64,000 nucleotides of DNA from an uncultured delta proteobacterium (GTDB lineage: Bacteria; Desulfobacterota; Binatia; UBA9968), in NCBI GenBank assembly GCA_963816145.1, contig CAWFJP010000003.1, positions 416,001-480,000 on the forward strand. Direction: 5' to 3'. The notes beneath the pieces are model-generated. The model was not told where the DNA came from, did not search any database, and saw only the letters and a list, made by a program, of their open reading frames with translations. Numbering within the stretch: the first letter of the stretch is position 1; the number at the start of each line of letters is the position of its first letter. Positions 60,309 to 64,000 of the stretch are shown here, piece after piece. The position numbers and the translations under genes were made by a program.

Positions 60309-60386
60309 TCACCACGAAGGCACGAAGGACACGAAGGCTTCAAAAACTATTCTCCGAACTTCGCGCTCTTCGCGTCTTCGTGGTGA
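60309..60386. repeat. CACCACGAAG palindromic repeat (family A, copy 6)
   Basis: Inverted arms. Confidence 0.9.
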
Positions 60387-60413
60387 AACACATTCCGCCA
60401 TAAAGGAAATAAT

Positions 60414-61580
60414 ATGGACTTTAACCTGCCCGAAGAAATACAAATCCTGCGCGACACGGTGCGCCGATTCGTCGACAAAGAGCTGATTCCGCTCGAGCGC
60501 GAATACCGCCACGATAGCGAAGGACCTATGCCGGATTATCTGCTCAAGCCGCTGCAGGAAAAAACCAAAGCGATGGGGCTGTGGATGCTCGACGTGCCAT
60601 CGGAATACGGCGGCGCCGGCCTTGGTCTGTTGCCGCGCTGCATCATTCACGAAGAAATCGCCCGCGCTGCGTCGCTGCCCTTCCGCAGTCTCGAACTATT
60701 CGGACCGGAAGTGCGTCCGGTGCTGTTCTATTGCAGCGATGAACAGAAAGAGCGTTTTCTCAAGCCGGTGCTGCGCGGCGAAATGAAATTCTGTTTCGCC
60801 CAAACCGAACCAGACGCCGGCAGCGATCCGGCCAACATGCGCACCCGCGCCGTGCGCGACGGCGATGACTTTATCATCAACGGCACCAAGCGCTTTATCA
60901 CCGCCGCCGGGCGCGCCGACTACGTGCAGCTGATGGCGGTCACCGATCCCGAAAAAAAAGCGCGCGGCGGCATCAGCTGCTTTGCGGTGGATTTGAAAAG
61001 CCCCGGCGTCAATCTTGAGCGGCAATGGCCGGCGATGATGGGCGAGGCGCCCTGGCAACTGTATTTCGAAAACGTCCGCGTGCCGGCGAACAATGTCATC
61101 GGTGAAATCGGCGGTGGCTTTTCCATCGCGCAAAAATGGATCGGCGAAGGCCGCATCCGCGGCCATGGCGCGCGCCCGGTGGGCATCGCGTCGCGCGCCC
61201 TCGACATGATGATCGAATACTCCAAAGTGCGCACCACCTTCGGCAAGCCGCTGTCCGAACGCCAAGCGATCCAGTTCATGATCGCCGACTCGGCGATGGA
61301 GATTCATTCCGTGCGCAACATGGTCTACGAGTGCGCCTGGAGAGTCGACCGCGGCGAAGACGTCCGCGATCTATCCTACATGGTCAAGGTGATGGCGACG
61401 GAAATGGCCAGCCGCGTCGTCGACCGCGCCATCCAAGTCCACGGCGGCTTGGGATTGATGAAGGAACTACCGCTCGAATGGTGGTACCGGCAGATTCGCA
61501 GCACGCGCATCACCGAAGGTGCCAACGAAGTGCTGCGCTGGCGTTTGGGCCAGAATCTCATTCGCGCTCATAAAGGCTAA
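60414..61580 (+). CDS. Acyl-CoA dehydrogenase family protein
   Basis: EYGGAG, FAQTEPDAGSD, INGTKRFIT, FGKPL, QVHGG, RITEGANEV. Confidence 0.93.
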   Translation: MDFNLPEEIQILRDTVRRFVDKELIPLEREYRHDSEGPMPDYLLKPLQEKTKAMGLWMLDVPSEYGGAGLGLLPRCIIHEEIARAASLPFRSLELFGPEVRPVLFYCSDEQKERFLKPVLRGEMKFCFAQTEPDAGSDPANMRTRAVRDGDDFIINGTKRFITAAGRADYVQLMAVTDPEKKARGGISCFAVDLKSPGVNLERQWPAMMGEAPWQLYFENVRVPANNVIGEIGGGFSIAQKWIGEGRIRGHGARPVGIASRALDMMIEYSKVRTTFGKPLSERQAIQFMIADSAMEIHSVRNMVYECAWRVDRGEDVRDLSYMVKVMATEMASRVVDRAIQVHGGLGLMKELPLEWWYRQIRSTRITEGANEVLRWRLGQNLIRAHKG

Positions 61581-61604
61581 ACAGAGAACTTAACTATTGG
61601 AGGA

Positions 61605-62423
61605 TTGAAGATGATCAATACCGCAACGTCACGCGTCGTAGCAGTGGCCTTCGCATTAACAATGTTCGCCGCCGCGCCGACGCCGCGCGTGTTCGCCGCG
61701 CAAGAGTTTCAACCGCAAGTTGGCCAGGATGGCAAAGACGTAATCTGGGTGCCGACCCCGCAGGGCTTGGTCGACAAGATGCTCGATATGGCCAAGGTCA
61801 CGCCCAAAGATTACGTCATCGATCTTGGTTCCGGTGATGGACGCACTGTGATCACCGCGGCAAAACGAGGCTCCAAGGCGCTCGGCATCGAATACAACCC
61901 GGACATGGTGGATATCTCCAAGCAGAGCGCGGCAAAGGAAGGCGTCAGCGATAAAGCGAGTTTCGTTAAAGCGGATTTATTCGAGAGCGATTTTTCCCAA
62001 GCGCAGGTCATCACCATGTTTTTGCTATCGAGCATCAATCTTAAACTGCGCCCGAAGATCCTCGATTTGAAGCCCGGCACGCGCATCGTGTCGAACACTT
62101 TCGACATGAGCGATTGGAAGCCGGACGAGACCGCGACCCTGCCCGGGTGTAACTCCTGGTGCACGGCGCACCTCTGGATCGTCCCGGCCAAAGTCGCGGG
62201 CACATGGACCTTACCCCAGGGCGAACTGACGCTCAAACAAACCTTTCAGAACATCACCGGCACGCTGAAATCTGGCGCTATCGAAACGCCGGTGACCGGC
62301 AAGTTAAACGGCGAGCAGATCAGTTTCACCGCCGGCGCAGCCGAATACAGCGGCCGTGTGGCGGGCAACACCATCGAAGGCGTCGTCAAGCCCGGGGGTA
62401 AATGGACGGCAACGCGGCGCTAA
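61605..62423 (+). CDS. SAM-dependent methyltransferase with N-terminal signal peptide
   Basis: KDVIWVPTP, IDLGSGDGR, GTRIVS; hydrophobic N-terminus ending VFA-AQ. Confidence 0.88.
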   Translation: MKMINTATSRVVAVAFALTMFAAAPTPRVFAAQEFQPQVGQDGKDVIWVPTPQGLVDKMLDMAKVTPKDYVIDLGSGDGRTVITAAKRGSKALGIEYNPDMVDISKQSAAKEGVSDKASFVKADLFESDFSQAQVITMFLLSSINLKLRPKILDLKPGTRIVSNTFDMSDWKPDETATLPGCNSWCTAHLWIVPAKVAGTWTLPQGELTLKQTFQNITGTLKSGAIETPVTGKLNGEQISFTAGAAEYSGRVAGNTIEGVVKPGGKWTATRR

Positions 62424-62578
62424 GCGATCGTCTACGACCATCGTCGTATAGATTTTCAGCCACACCGAGACCCGAGCCATCCCGGCTTGGGCCTTCACGT
62501 TTACCTGCCGAAATAATTCGTTCGCCTCTCCACTATTCGAAAGCCGCCTGCTATATTTCCCCGCTAAGGAGGATCAAC

Positions 62579-63394
62579 ATGGATCTAAAAAAATTAACCG
62601 CTAGTGTATTTGTCAGTGCGGCACTCGTAGCCAACGTCGCGGGGAATCTCAGCTATGCCCAGCCGGCGAAAGAATTTCAGCCGGAAGTCGGCCAGGCCGG
62701 CAAAGATGTCGTCTGGGTACCGACGCCGCAGGCGCTCGTCGACAAAATGTTGGAGATGGCCAAAGTCACACCTAAAGACTACGTAATCGATCTCGGCTCC
62801 GGTGACGGCCGCACCGTCATTACCGCCGCCAAGCATGGCTCGAAAGCTCTCGGCATCGAATACAACCCCGACATGGTCGAGCTGTCGAAAAAGAATGCTG
62901 CCAAAGAAGGCGTGAGCGACAAAGCGAGCTTCATGAAGGCCGACTTGTTCGAGAGCGATTTCTCCCAAGCGCAGGTCATCACCATGTTCCTGCTGCCGAG
63001 CATCAACTTGAAGCTAAGGCCCAAGATCCTTGATTTGAAGCCCGGCACGCGCATCGTGTCGAACTCCTTCGACATGGAAGATTGGAAGCCGGACCAGACC
63101 GAACGGGTCGAAGGCTGCACCAACTGGTGCACCGCCCACCTTTGGATCGTCCCGGCCAAAGTCCAGGGCACCTGGAAAACCGCCGCGGGCGAGATCGCGC
63201 TCAAACAGACATTTCAAAACATCACCGGCACGATCAAAAACGGCAATGTCGTCACGCCGATCAACGGCAAGCTGAACGGCGAGCAGATCAGCTTTTCCGG
63301 CGCCGGCGTTCAATACACTGGCCATGTTCAGGGCAATAACATGGAACTCAACGGCGGCAGCGCCAAAATCAACGCCACCCGGGCCGCGAAGTAA
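62579..63394 (+). CDS. SAM-dependent methyltransferase with signal peptide, tandem paralogue
   Basis: Near-identical core to 61605-62423; ATG 62579 with AGGAGG. Confidence 0.88.
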   Translation: MDLKKLTASVFVSAALVANVAGNLSYAQPAKEFQPEVGQAGKDVVWVPTPQALVDKMLEMAKVTPKDYVIDLGSGDGRTVITAAKHGSKALGIEYNPDMVELSKKNAAKEGVSDKASFMKADLFESDFSQAQVITMFLLPSINLKLRPKILDLKPGTRIVSNSFDMEDWKPDQTERVEGCTNWCTAHLWIVPAKVQGTWKTAAGEIALKQTFQNITGTIKNGNVVTPINGKLNGEQISFSGAGVQYTGHVQGNNMELNGGSAKINATRAAK

Positions 63395-63411
63395 TCAATC
63401 CAAGTGACACG

Positions 63412-63452
63412 AAAAAAGACGCGCACTCCCGAAAGGTGCGCGTCTTTTTTTT
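63412..63452. terminator. Bidirectional intrinsic terminator
   Basis: aaaaaagacgcgcac-loop-gtgcgcgtctttttttt between convergent genes. Confidence 0.85.
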
Positions 63453-63477
63453 CCAATGGACTGCGACTTTTTATGAT

Positions 63478-63548
63478 CGTCACCCCGGTGAAAACCGGGG
63501 TCCATCCCATTCCCCTCAACCTGGATACCGTCTTTCGACGGTATGACG
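63478..63548. repeat. GTCA(T/C) palindromic (REP-like) repeat
   Basis: cgtcaccccggtgaaaaccggggtcca...tggataccgtctttcgacggtatgacg. Confidence 0.78.
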
Positions 63549-63616
63549 GATACTGCCCGTCATGTGGATCCGCACTTTTGCGGCAGCAACGCGCGTCACA
63601 ATTAAGCCGTTTACCC

Positions 63617-64000
63617 CTACCCGACCTTCGCTCCAGGCCCGGCATAAATCTCCAGCTTATTGCCATCCGGGTCGAGGAAGTACGCCTGCGGCCCCCAGAA
63701 CACGCCGGTATTGCGGTCTTCAATATTGAACACTTCGACACCATGCTGGCGCAGATGGTCGATGGACGACTGGAACTCCTCCGGCTTCACCCTGAACGCG
63801 TGATGCACCGGCGTGCTCTTGTTGGTGTCGTATTTGAGCGGTTCGTCGCCCTTGGCAAGGATCAAGTAGTCGTCGCCGGTTTGGAGAAACACCATGCGCG
63901 GCGATTGCTCGACGACTTTCAGGTTGAGCACGCCTTCATAGAACTGCCGGCTGCGATCGAGATCGGTTACCGCCAGACTGAAATGCAGCATGCCTTGGGT
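63617..64000 (-). CDS. VOC/glyoxalase family protein (5' end beyond window)
   Basis: LHFSLAVTDL, HHAFRV, YFLDPDGNKLE. Confidence 0.9.
   Translation of the reverse strand, partial: TQGMLHFSLAVTDLDRSRQFYEGVLNLKVVEQSPRMVFLQTGDDYLILAKGDEPLKYDTNKSTPVHHAFRVKPEEFQSSIDHLRQHGVEVFNIEDRNTGVFWGPQAYFLDPDGNKLEIYAGPGAKVG

Noticed and set aside
7172-60386. CACCACGAAG and other repeats as a CRISPR array
   Set aside because: Dispersed single palindromes, no repeat-spacer periodicity, no cas genes
1-64000. tRNA, rRNA or prophage genes
   Set aside because: No cloverleaf/T-loop pattern, rRNA-like tract or phage gene recognised; a tRNAscan-SE/Infernal run would be needed to exclude small RNAs

Overview
GC-rich bacterial chromosome segment with about 55 CDS and no rRNA, tRNA or CRISPR array that I can recognise. 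It is dominated by catabolic and scavenging functions: four amidohydrolase_2 genes, seven orphan NitT/TauT-type and two Bug/TctC substrate-binding proteins, tandem MetE-II and tandem ThDP enzymes, UbiD, GMC oxidoreductase, FAH, acyl-CoA dehydrogenase, three VOC proteins and one complete Liv-type ABC transporter. That gene complement suggests Candidatus Binatia or a related deltaproteobacterial lineage, which is inference from family content only. Accessory elements are an IS1182 copy inserted into a palindromic repeat and a small island (DUF2130, PIN toxin-antitoxin, a wHTH + nucleoside-deoxyribosyltransferase-like protein broken by a 7-bp duplication). An orphan TadA/CpaF ATPase and an RpoD-like sigma factor each sit behind a sigma54-type -24/-12 motif. 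The intergenic DNA holds several families of short palindromic or periodic repeats, including nested elements: an IS1182-like-ended MITE inside a hairpin, and IS200/IS605-like-ended elements carrying GTCAT palindromes. Three genes have single-base frameshifts in short homopolymers, probably assembly errors. All family assignments come from motif recognition by eye, not from database searches.
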